This document shows, piece by piece, positions 25,746 to 38,800 of a DNA stretch of 64,000 nucleotides. The stretch is taken from positions 4,774,001 to 4,838,000 of the forward strand of contig CM120645.1 in NCBI GenBank assembly GCA_051362555.1. Direction: 5' to 3'. The notes under the pieces were generated by a model. That model did not search any database and was not told the DNA's origin. It saw nothing but the letters and a program-made list of their open reading frames with translations. The stretch is from Lingula anatina. Lineage: Eukaryota > Animalia > Brachiopoda. Made by a program: the position numbers and the translations under genes. Positions within the stretch are counted from its first letter, which is position 1; each line of letters starts with the position of its first letter.

Positions 25746-28249
25746 TTTTTATGTACAGACACAGATGTGTCTGTACATATTGCCATCACCTGCGTCTGTC
25801 GTTGCCGATGCCGTCGCCGATGCCGATGCCGTCGCCGATGCCGTGCACTTTCCTTGTAAACACGATAAGTGGAGGACAGTTTTACTTTTTGGCTTTATAT
25901 TTACAGAGCTGATGAATATTCATAAAACGCAGGTCAAGTTCGAAAATCAGCATGATCAGGCCATTATTGTAGAAGTTATGCTGTTTTTTCTTTTTTCAGC
26001 ATATATGCAACCCTGTAAACACATTTTAAGGAAAACCGTTAGGCCTGTTGTCATGAAACTCACAGGAGTAATCAATCTTACTAAAACGCAGGTCAAGTTC
26101 ATAAATCAGCATGATCGGGCCACTATTTTAGTAGTTATCAGTGTTTCCCCTGCACTTAAATGAGCGAGGCGCCCGCCTCGCTGAAATTTGCAAGCGCCTC
26201 GCTGAAATTTGTCAAAAGCACCGCCTCGTTGGGCTGAATGGAACGACAAAGTATATTTTCACTCATGCTAACTGAAAATTATATTTATTTCTAAGCAAAT
26301 ATGGCATTTTGTGTTTACATACGTAATCCCATGCTTCTGAGCACTTGATTTAGCAGTAACGGAAGTACGCATGCGCGTATGCCTAAAAATAACAAGCAGT
26401 TACTATCTCCCTGTAAGTGCCTCGTTTTCGCAGTTCTGTGAAGTATGAGAGACGCAGCGAAACGAGGCAACTGTTCTTGACACCGTTTAATCACGTGTCA
26501 AGAATACACTTTCTCTGTCACTTCATGTTCCGAAATTCAGACTGCCTGTTGTTTGTTTTTATAGTTTACGAATATTCACTGATAAAAAAGGAGCAAATAA
26601 AGTGGCCTTCGTTGTTTTTATAAACTTGGAGAAGATTTTCTATTGATTTACGGGTAAGTTTTGTGAAAGCAGTAGCGTTGTAAAACTGGGTCACGTCAGT
26701 ATTTCGCGTGGAAACCTATGCATTGAATATGAATTCCCATGACCGAATAGAACCATATAAATGAATAAACGAAGAACTAAAATTGATGATAAGTGTGATT
26801 TTCATCTCTTTAATTCCGAAGAATTCATTTAACGGTGTTTGAAGTTGTTGATTATAAATTACATCTCAAACTACGTAGGCCTATAACTAGTAGCGGGAGC
26901 GACAATTGCGCTGAACGACAATTAAGGGAGAGAACTTTTTGAAGCAGTTTTATATTAGGATGAAGCGCTCCCACACGCAAAGTCAATTGACCAGTTACTT
27001 TCAGAAATGTGAAAACGGTAAGAACAACATATTTTATCAACTTTTTGGTCAATTTGAAAATAATTCAATGTAGTAAGCCCTTTTTCTTGTTTCTTGTAAG
27101 TATTAACTTTTTTTTTGAAAGTACTAACTTTTTTTTTTCTTGAAAGAGTATGTTCTATAAACTGAAAAGGACTAAACTGAGCGAATGCATACTGGAAAAT
27201 AAATTTTGTCCAAACCTTTGTTATGTCATTACTGAATTTACTCCTCAAAACATCTAAAACAAGACAATTCAGTGCCACATAAAATGTAAAAAAAATCAGT
27301 TCTAAATACCCTAAAATGCACCAAATTGCACCTCGATTAAAAAAATTTTCCGGGGGGGCATGCCCCCGGACCCCCCTACTATTGCTGGGATCGCGGATTG
27401 CCTACCACCTCGCAGAGCTTGAAAGCCAGGGGAAACACTGAGTTATGCTGTTTTTTCATTTTTCAGCATATATAGGCAACACTGTAAACACAATATAAGA
27501 AAAAACAGATAGGCCAATTGTCATTAAACTTACAGGAGTGGTCAATCTTACTAAAACACAGGATGAGTTTGAAAAACGGCATAATTGGGGCATTATTTTA
27601 GAAGTTATGCTGTTTTTTCACATTTACTCAGATTCAATTCTTAGGCATGTTAATAGCCTTATTATTTAAGTAATAAGATACGTAAAAGTGTTTGTTTGAC
27701 ATTTCCTGCATCTTTACAACATTGTTAGTTGATTATGTAAAAATGATGGTAAACTTGTTATCGTGTATTGTGTAATAAAGTGTCAAAAATGGAAATAAAC
27801 TCATATCATTGCAGTTTGTCAGATTCAATCATCCACTATGTTCAGAATCTCAGAATGGAGGAAATTGGACATTTAACACTGTTCTATTGATATTTTTCCC
27901 ATCTCATCAGCTTTCTTAGTTGATCATATAAAAATTGCAGTAAACTGTTTATTTTGTTTTATGTTAAAAAAGTGTTAAAAATGGAAATAAACCCATGTCA
28001 GAACAGTGCTGTCTTGTTTACATTTTGGCATTTTCAAGGTGTGACTTTGAAGTTCCATTGGCCTGAAGACCTTTGCTGGTCACGTTTTCTGAATGTCCAT
28101 TCTACTAATATTTTATTATTAAAGATTGATGGTCATTATGCTGTTAAACATTATGTAATGTTGCATCAAAATTTGAAGAAACCCCTATTTTGGGCACTGC
28201 TCCCAAGATGACCATTTAAGAAAAACCATGTCACTTATTGTTTTCAAAC
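25746..28249 (+). mobile_element. HINE copy 3, 3'-truncated, interrupted by a hAT-like element
   Basis: Same head, microsatellite, core repeats and spacer as copy 2; homology resumes after 27446 and ends ~28249. Confidence 0.85.
26139..27440. mobile_element. Non-autonomous hAT-like DNA transposon, 1302 bp, 14-bp perfect TIRs, 6-bp TSD
   Basis: TIRs cagtgtttcccctg / caggggaaacactg; TSD agttat at 26133-26138 and 27441-27446 (single agttat in the uninterrupted HINE copy); subterminal cgcctcg repeats and a ccggggggg-catg-cccccgg hairpin; no transposase ORF. Confidence 0.85.
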
Positions 28250-29762
28250 TAACAGGAAAGAAACATGGGACTAAAATACAGCTTCAGTAGGCAATGCAGT
28301 CTGTTTGGTAATTCTTTCTTCCAGTTAAACAGTTTTTTTTTTTTTTTTTTTTGTGAAATTTAATTTTTTCACATATTTTTCAGCTTATTTTAAAATATAT
28401 TTTAAATGTTGAAAAGTGGGTATGTTCAACTTTGAAAGCTTTTTTCCTAAATGGTAATCTTTTCTTTAAAAGAATTTTTATTGGAGGTGCAAGATAAGAT
28501 GGCACACTGACAAAGTACGAGTCCCAGTTTCATCACACCCAGGGAGATAATGTAGAACCTTATTGATTAAGACATTAGAGGGAACTGACTCATTTCTTTT
28601 AGCAAATTAGTTCTTAAACAGCCATGTTAGTTTTTAAAAACTCAATCAGAACTAAAATGGCAAATAAGATTACATTTCACTTCATTGTCTGACATCAAAG
28701 TTAATAATTTAAGCCCGGATTGGCGAGCATTTTACGTGCTCAGCACGAGCCCAGATAACATTCGCAGCCATGCAGTGCCATTGAAAGATAAGAGGATATA
28801 AGCAAGTACACTTGCTTTACTTTGAAACAATGGGCCCTCATGTAGTATATATACACACCGCTTAGATAAGGGGGGGAAATATTCCTACTTAAACTTTGTT
28901 TTGTGACCTTCTGAAAGATACCACATCTTATTAATTATATCAGTTTCATATTAATATATATATACATGTTTGGAATGATGGAATATTATAAGGAAGTTAA
29001 ACTTTGCGTAAGGATAAAGGAAGGAATAGACACAGCTTTTGGGGTTGGATTGGATCGATAGTTAGTTCTGTTGGTTGAGAGTTGTCTGAATCTGGAGTAA
29101 CAGGTTGTATGTGGCAGAATCATGGATTCAGTGGCGGAAATGAGAGGTACCAGTCGTAATGAAGATAGCGGCGACGTTTAGTGATCATTTTATCTGCAGT
29201 CGTGTCTCCATCTCATTAGTTGTCACAGACCATATGTGGTTGAATGTCAAGTTGGTTTTGGGTGTCATTACATCTGTTATTGCTCTTTTTAAAGATTTTT
29301 TTCATCCACTGTTGAATATGATGTCTTATTTTAAAGATTGATTAGTCTCTCATGCCATGTAATTGGTTTCCAGGTTGAATAAGACATGAAAGTCTTTTAT
29401 TTTAGTAACCGTATGCGACACATTCCAACATTTGATTACAGTATAAAATGGGTGAACATTTGTTTCCTAAACATTCATTGAGACAGACATATTTACAGTA
29501 CAAGCTCTTATTTTCATGGAGTGAATTAACGTGTAATTTTTGATATTTTGAAATTACTAGTTATTGTAATTAAGGTTGTAGTTGCCAGTAATTTTTTTAC
29601 AGTCACTTGTATTTATTATAGTTGACATGTTATTGTATAAGGATGATGATACACATCTGTTACTGCCATTCCCAATGTCTTCTGGATAGACAAGAATTTT
29701 TTTCTCTTTAATAACAATCTGAATTATGCTTAATCAAAAAATTTATTTTTTTTTACTGCCAG

Positions 29763-29851
29763 ATGTCACTGCATCAGTATTAAGAAGATGGGACCAACAC
29801 CTAGTTTACCACAGGGACCAGTGTGAGGCTTTGCAAGCAAGAGAATTAGCA
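29763..29851 (+). other. Candidate internal exon of the plus-strand gene
   Basis: Strong acceptor ttttttttactgccAG and donor GCA|GTAAGT. One open frame (VTASVLRRWDQHLVYHRDQCEALQARELA, phase 1 in / 0 out) could join MDSVAEMR-G at 29122-29146. May be UTR. Confidence 0.4.
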
Positions 29852-32800
29852 GTAAGTTTGCTGAGAATGTTTTTTCTGAATACTAGTAAATTACTCTAAC
29901 TAACTGGCAAAACAGACTGGGGCATGATTCAAGCATTTATCAACAATAAACAGTGACATTTTAGAGTTCTTACACAGAAAGATAATTTCAAACTTGGAAA
30001 AAAATAATTGGCTTTTATCCCAAACTTCTCTGAACTAGAATCTTTAGTCACTGTTGAAAACATTACGCAATGCTTGAAGTGGTAGTCTGGCCTTTGCTTA
30101 CCTTCATGTGTGTGAAAATCAGATTGCATAAGTGTGCAACAACGAGTTCCAGTAGCACAACATGAGTTGTGTTCAGACATGGCTCCATGGCCCGAAAAAT
30201 GTCCTGGCTGACGTTGTCTTGTAACTAGATGTAAGAGAGTTTCTTTCATGAAGTGCACTCTTTGTAAGGTATTCATTTACAGATTTCATGCACAACTTAA
30301 TTCAATATTTTGATAATTTTTTAGAATTTTCAGTTTTTAGCTAAGTTTTGACAAAATCTAACATGAACCCAATTTACCTTTGAGGACTTTTGAACCTGTT
30401 TTTATGTTAATACTAACAAATCTTTTATTTTTTGAAAAAAAAATATTTCAGTTTTGAAATAAATGTATACTTTGGTGATTTGATGTTTTGTTTCAGGCCG
30501 ATTTTCGGTCCAAAGCCTTCCAGGTTTGAATGCAGTTTTATGTTTCTTCAAAGAAATTTCCTACAGTAAACCACCTAGTATGTAGATGTAGCTGACAGTG
30601 ATAACAAGGAATGGCACAGCTGGAGAGAAAGTAGAAGAACAGGCGTGTACGTTGTCATCTCTCTCAGTTGGCATATGTTTCATATTTAACCCTATGTTGC
30701 ACAAAACTGGCCCTGTTAGTGTTATGGCAAAGGAAATATCTGAAGACATTACTAACAGTTCCTAACCTTAACCTCATAACTTTTTTGTATGTGTGTGTTT
30801 TTTCAGGTGTTTTATTTTATTTTTATTTATTAATTTATTTATTTTTGTTGTTAACAAACTTTGAATGAACATTTCACATATTATTGCTTTGGTTTCTCAT
30901 TATCTTGAGACCAAGTTAAAGATGATATAAAGATTGTTAAAAAAGCTACTTTTCAGGACTTTATTAACATGGGAAAATGTCACAATTTTTGAATGTAACT
31001 ATGAAAGCATTGCTCAAAAAGGTGTCAGCTTTAGCAGATGAACTGTCTGTATCAAGATGAGCACTCATCAGAAGAGAATTGAATTGCAGCAGGTGAGACT
31101 GGAACAGAATGAACAGCAGTCTGTCTCAACTAACACATTTCTGTCCAACACTACTGTAGTGGTAATAGGATAGAAAGTCTCTCTTGGATATTTGTTACGA
31201 TAACGTTGAAAATTCCTTTAAGCATACTGCTTCTGGATATTGCTCTTATGAAGTGTTTCTTGCCCCCTTTTTTTTTCCTTCCAAGGAGTTGGATGTTATA
31301 GTACACATAGCCCTTTGAGAACTAAAGCAGGTGCTGATAGATAATAGACAATTTCTTTCATTTCTGGTTTCATCAACTCCTAATAACTGCTTATCAAAAA
31401 GGCCTACATGAAATTATATATTTCATTCATTCTTTAGTCCACTGTTGAGGGCGTCATGACATGAAAATGATGATGCGAGTTCGCTAGTTAGAACAGATGT
31501 TTTAGATAACTACTATTGATCACCAGTGACGGCAAAAGGACATTTTTTTCCCATTGTCGTGCATTTATTTATGATTGATTTATCAGAATTTCTCGACCAT
31601 CTGTCGCTCAGCGCATCTCCTTACAGGGTGAAATGAAATGATTTATATATTGATCAGTCTTATATCTGTTGATAATTGTATTAATATGGAAATTCAGACC
31701 AGGCCGACTGACAAATCCTGATTAATAAGGCCTCTCGGCAGTTATCAGATTACTGCAAACACTCGGGAGAGCCGGGAGATGCAGTCACTGCCCTTGTTAA
31801 TCTGATTGAATGCAAATGACTTTAATGGAGCAATGGCTAATTAAAAGGGCAAGTCTGATAGCTAAATGCCATTGTCACTGGCAGATGATTTCTTCTGTTA
31901 TCTTGGATTCCTCTAATGATAAAATATTTTCAGCTGTTTATGTGGGAAGTAATTTTTTTTGGGGGGGGGGGAGGGGAATAGGGTGATTCTGTTTATCTGT
32001 TTCAAAGCGAATATAAAAAGGCAGTGAATTGTTAAAATATAAATGCTGATTTAGATTATTTAAAAAAGGAAATTAGTGTTAGGGTTATTGAATTGATGCT
32101 GATTGCAAAATCTCAATTTTAACTGTTTTCTCTTTCTAGCTCAAAAAAATTTAAACCAAAAGACTTGAAAAGCCATTTTTTTTACTTATGTTGTAAGATT
32201 TTTCTTTCTGTGTCATTCATTGACCACTTTATTTGAACAAATCATAGACAGATGGATGTAAGCAGGAATCATCTGAAATAGAGTTCAATGACATTTTTGG
32301 TAGTGAGTGGGTTATCTCAGATTTTTTCATTTCTTTAGTGACATTGTCACTCTGACTAATCTTCCACTTTAAATTTCAGCACGCACACTTTCTAATTTGT
32401 TACTTGACACATTATTTAACAATTTGGAAATACACCTGTTCCAAAACAAAATGATGGCAGAAACAGATTGGAGACTTCCCAGATTGAAATTTCAACATCA
32501 GATCAGTTTCAAGGATTTCATTCCTTGCCTTATTTGCCCAAGTTCTTTTTTTTGTCAAGGTTAAAAAGAAAAAAAAAACACAAATATAAAATCCAGAAAA
32601 AAGAAATATCTTGAACGTGTGTCACTGTAATCTTAATAGAGTATAAATCACTGCATTGCATGAAGTAACTCCAGGGTTTCTGCTTGAAGGGCATTTGTGT
32701 AGAATTACAGCTTCTTCTGTAACTCAGAAGGTTTCAGATTGAGAGATATATTTAAGATTTTCCAGCGCTTATTCAGACATGTAATAGAAGACTGGTTAAT

Positions 32801-35800
32801 AGGGAAAAATTCAGATAAGACGGAGAGAGAGATGCAGTATTTTTTTCTTAGTGTTATAACACACTGGTGAAGACTCCAGAAATTTCTGAGAAGTTGAATA
32901 GAGAAGGTTTGAGACTCATATTGAAGATATTTTTCCAGTAAGAATAAGATTCTTAGAAGTGAATTTCAGGTGGTCGTGAAGCAAAGGATAACCTTTAGAA
33001 TTTATATATTGTGGAGAAAACTTTCTTGAAATGCGGCCACATATGACAAATGAACAATGATATTTAAGGTAGGTGGAGATGTGAAAATTATCCAGTTGCA
33101 TGCTGTTTTTAAAGCTTGCTGAACTTTACATGCACAATGTGGATTTTCACAAACATTTCCTTGCATTTTTTTGTTTATTTTTATTTTTTTATTTGTAAAG
33201 AGGTGTTTTGTAGAAATCATTTGATTTATAGGTAAAATGTGATTTAATAGTCCGAGGCAGTGCCACACACAGTGGTCTTTTGCTAGTTTCCAGGGACGAG
33301 TGTTTCTTATGTGAATGGTTTATTATTCTTCATATCCAGGTGTTAGAATGTTCATGCTGCGATCATTTAGTGTTTCACTCGGATATGAAAATACTGAAAG
33401 ATTGCCAGGCTGTTTTCTAACTGTTGAAACTGACTTTATCCCACTGCCAGTGCTTCAAACAGTAGGATAATTGCACTTGTATTTCACTCACAGGCTTGCC
33501 TGTATTGTCATACGTTTTGTTGCGTTCGTCCTCTTGCTCGTAGCACCAGTCATGGGCAAAGTCAGTTATAACTTCTCGCTGTCCACTGGATTTTGTCATA
33601 CAAGATCAAATTATATCTCAACTGTGTCTTGATATAATTATATCTCAATATAACTATAAATATTATGTCGTATACAGCAGATAACTCATGTTGTAACTAG
33701 TACTTAGTTAAAAATAGGTCTTTCTCTGGCCCCCATCCCTATGTACTCCCTTATTCAAACCCTCATCCTACTCTCTGAGTGTACCAGCTGTGACACCTGG
33801 ATACTGCCACACCCTTCAGGTAACTACATCACCCCACCTGACCCCCAGCAGACAGCTGGTGCTCTGATGTCACACCTTGTGGAGAGATTATTGGCGGAGA
33901 TTGTTCATTCTGAAAAAAAAAAAAAAATCAGTAGCTACTATTATATTAGAACATGGATTAATACTTAAGACCATTTTTTAGTGTTAAGTTTTTTCGTGAC
34001 ACTTGCCCGTGGTATGAGATTCCAGGATAAAGTATAATTAGGAGATATCCTTGGAGTTGCATTTATCTATCAATGAAATGATTTGTCCAATCTTTTCTAT
34101 TATAGATAGAGAAGTTGGAATTTGTTGTGGATTTTTACTGGAAGAAAAAAGAAGAAAAGACTGAGGAACAAACAAATGAAACTGCCTTCACAATTATGAT
34201 TATCAGTGATGCTTTTCACCTTTGTTTCTTTTCCTCTGATGATTAGAATGTGGTTTCTCTTTCATCCTGTTGTTACTGTTAATAATCTACTGCGTAATTG
34301 ACCATGGTGAATTAGGTTTGTCACTTGCCCAATGATAATTATTGATCCCCCCTTCCCCTGTGTCATTTCTTTTGTTCATTACCAGGTTGCAATTAACTTC
34401 TCTTATTACCCGTCAACAATTTTTTTTTCTTCTGTAAAAAGTTTTGATAGTCTTGTGTGAATTCTGAGATTGGCAAGGGTTATTATCATTCATTCTACCT
34501 CAAGAAACTCAATTAATTTGAAGGAAAAAGACCATATTTTATTCAATCAAAGCTTATTAATATAACCACCAATGTTTATTTTAATAGATTTGTGTGTGGA
34601 TTATTTTCAAGAGCTATTTGATATCTACAAATATCGGTTGTATTTTCATTTATCTTGGCATATTTTGGCTCTACTTTCTCATTTCTTTCTTCTGACTATC
34701 ACTGTTATCTTCAGCATGACACTTTGAAAAAACATCTGCAAAAGTTAATCAGACATTTCATTCCGACCAATTCTTCACACAGGAACCAGCTTATTTTCCT
34801 ACCACCTCCATCTTTTTCCTTTGTTAGACTGAAGTAATTTTGTTAGGTTTTTATTATCCCCATAATTGGATAGAGTCGAGCCTCATTAAACATTAGCGTC
34901 TTTTATCCCACTGTTTATAACCCTGGAAAAGAGAGTACATGACCCTAAGGATGAGTCATAGAATCTCTCAGTTATTTTGCCAAGAGCTAAGTTTGTTTGA
35001 TGGTGTGTGAAATGCTGCATCAGATAAACCTATTCTTCTCTATTCTGTTGTCTTTTTGGTTTAGTTCTTGTGCTTTGGTTAAGTGACAGGAAACTACTAT
35101 GCAGTTTAACTTGGTGTTTTAGTTGTTGTGGAAATAAGCCTGATAGTGAGATTTAAACTTAAATAATCATTTTTTTCCAGTCAATTTTTTAAATTTCGCA
35201 TTCATCCATTTATCTCTCCCTTCATCCATTCTTCCATTCATTTCATGAAGTTGATTAAAACCAGGTGAAGCGCCTTCATGTTTTAGGATTTGATGGCACA
35301 ATTGACACAGATAGCCATCACAATGACATTTTTTACCGTAGCAAATACTACTCTCACTTCATCTGGATGAGGTTAGTAAGATGATACAATTTGCCATACC
35401 ATCCTGTCATGTAATTTGCATAGGGATATTGTCGGCTTATGATGGATCAGGTCTCCTTTATGACTTCATTTAGGATTATGTGATTCATAGACTGGGCTCC
35501 TGCCAGCAGGGATCTGTTTCACATAAGGACTTTTGAAAGAAATAAGTTGAAATTTTTGTGCCAAAATTTAACCTATTTTGACTCAAGATAAATCAGTAGG
35601 AGGTGTATGAAATGAGTAATTGTGCCTGTTTTGGAACCAGAAAAAGATCGCTTATGTTTTAGATTAATATATTTACTTCATTTAAGTGAACTCGCATTGG
35701 TTTTCCCCCCCAAATTTTTTTTATTTAATTTTAAATCCTGAAATATTCTGTTTGGGAAATATTGGTGCCTTATCGATGAGAATAACAAAAAAAATTGATA

Positions 35801-38800
35801 CCAGATATGCATCTTGTAACATCTTGGGTTATGACCCGGTCTTTTATTACTTTATCAATGACAAATTGCATGAATTGCCAAGTATGCCGTCCTGCCTAGA
35901 TTATGATTTATTGCGTCTCCTTTCATTTCACATAAAGGACAAATGATCCATTGGGTTCATATTGGAGATGTGAAGGTGCTTCGTCTTCCAGTTTGTTTGA
36001 ACTGCCTAGATTTCATGAAAGGGATTAATAAAGTCTAAGCTGCCTTCAAAGGAAAAAGTATATTTTTTTAACCTTTGAAATGTCAGAATATATGATTCAT
36101 AATCATTACAGAAGCTTCTGATTTTTGATATGAAAAATTAGGTGTTCTTTACCTTTGAAATCTCAGCTCATTTGATCTATAATGATAGCTTCTGATATCT
36201 TGTTTTATAGTGGCCTTGTATAATTATTTCACTGACAAGGATTATGGAAATGTGTAGATTATTCATAGTAATGGGCTTGTACATTTGATAGCATTAGCCA
36301 GGAATATGGATGTTACAACCAGCACAATCTGACAGCACACCTAACACAATGATGCTGGTTACCAGGCCTGCTCTTGGCTGGGATTATGTCAGGGATGTAG
36401 AAAGCATTTTTTTTTTTTTGAAAATAGAATGTAACAAGTTTTTGGTGGTGATTTTGTATAAATACAGTTTAAAACAACAGTTATCAAATGGGAAGTTACC
36501 ACTCAAGAATGTAGTATCGGAATTGGTTATTATTTGCTAAGGTAGAATGATTGATGTAACATTTCTATTTTAGAAAAGAAACATGTCTATGCCACAATTC
36601 AATTTTTTGATTAGATTTTTTTCTAAGGGAAATTTGAGACAGATTATCATTAATATAATTATCAGGATAATTGTATAAATTTAGGAAATGGATTACCAGT
36701 ATAAAGAGCATGGCCACCGACAGTTATATTATGCATTACTTGATAACAGGCTATTGATGATGATACTCAATAATGATTATAGTTTCCGCCCAGACAGTGA
36801 CGTCACATAAATGCACCAATTGTAGCAGTAACTCATCCATGCATAATTTTCAACTTGAGAAATTGCTGGATTACTTTATTCTTTTCTCCCTCTCTCTTTC
36901 ATCTTATTTATCCAAGGTTACATGCAATGTGGTGTGAGGCACCCTGAATGTCATAATTTAAAAAAGACGGCAGGCTATTGTAGTATTTGGAATATGAGAG
37001 AGGGGAAGGGGATTCAAAAGGCAGGGATACTCAGGGTAACATGGTAAAAATGAAAATAGTCTCTGATCAGACGTTTAGTGGGAAGTTTGGTATCAGCAGG
37101 AATATTTTAAAAAAGTCCCTCCAGCACGTTGTAATTTACATACTGATTACACACTGACAGTATCAGTAGCCGGCAATTTAATAGCCATTAATTGTTTGTC
37201 TCTGATAACAATTATAGTCAACTCCCAGGACTTTGGTCCTGTCTCATGATATTTTCCCAATAATAACTGGAATTATTCTCACTACTGGAGATTATGTCTG
37301 GATCTTCTGAAAGGTTCATATCATGACATAAATATAGGGTTTTATTAGCAGTAATTTTTGCAAAAACGAAATAAGTAAGAATAAACACTGTATGCAAGAT
37401 AAACAGAATGTATGTGTTTTTTCAGTATTTGGACAATCTGTACTTTCAGTTTATAACTTTTATTTTTAAGGAATATAATGGATTGCCTGGTTTTCTTAAC
37501 CTTGTCTCGGGAGTTACCTGACGTGAGGCAATGGTATTTGCAGGAATAGAATATGAACCTGAATTACTCTGATCACCCCAATTTGTTCCCCCCTCCTCCT
37601 CCTGGCCTCTGCTCCATCCCTTTTGATATTTAAACCACACTATGAAATATCTTACAATGAAATATCTTTTTTTGTTTGTGAATTGTTCCAGTACACATGA
37701 TGACAAAGGAGGAGGAGCCCAACCCCGTCTCTCTCTATCTTATCTATGTAATGAAGGTATACTGTTAGTGATTGGAATGTGGGAGGGATATGTTAAGGCA
37801 GTGTTTGGTCACGCTCAGACCTGTCTTAAGTTAGACTGGCTGTGTTCAGACATTCTGTGAAGTTGGATTTGTCCATAGAAAAATTGTCACCAAGCCTTTA
37901 GGCAGAGAGACCCCGCTAATCTTCAGACCTCTGTTTCTCTGATGAGCTTATTTTGCGATGTGTAATGCATTAGGGTGTGAACCACTTTTTTAAGAACTTG
38001 TCACAGTGCATCGTGTCATGTTTAGTGCACTATTTACTGCCTACCTGGCATATCTTACCTGACTGATAAGCCTGCTGTAAGTGGGTAATGATTAGCTTTA
38101 ATAGTGCCTCTTAGTGCATTTCAATCCAGAAAAGTGTTCATTTGAAACCTTTTTTGTATTTTACCACTTTACATGTAACTGCCCTTTTTATTTCAGCCTT
38201 GGTTCATTCTAATTGCACTTAATTAAAAGAAAAACCTGAGTTTTTATTTCTTTTACATGCTTCTGTTTTGGATGTTAAGAATTGGTGGAGGGAAAAGTGC
38301 AGAAGTGATAGCAAGCAAAGAAGGAAAAAAATGGGAGGAAATTTTATTTTATTTTATTTTTTTGCTGATTCGAGCGTAGAGGGCCTGGTGCTATTGCAAT
38401 GCTTTAAAAATTTCTGACTCATACAGACTTTTTCTATTTAAAAAGATATCCTATTATAAAAAAAGCTGGTTAAAGGTGCCATTAATTTGCAAATTTGAAT
38501 TGCAAAAAGAATTAAAGTGCAAACTAAATTGTTTACATCCACTGACGAGGTAAGAGGCACCTTTAGTTTCATGCTCTTGTCTTGTGTAAATGAAAAGTGA
38601 AAAAAAAGCAAAATTCTGTGCAATTTAACAGTGGACTTTGTTATTGTCATTATACTCAACAAAAAGGGACATTTCAAAGTGATGAGGGCTACAATTAAAA
38701 CCGGTCTAACTTCTATAGCCGGTCTAACTTGAAGTCTGAGTATTTCATTCATTACTGGTATTTATAGCGTAATCAGCCAAGCCTAAGATGTGAATTTTAT

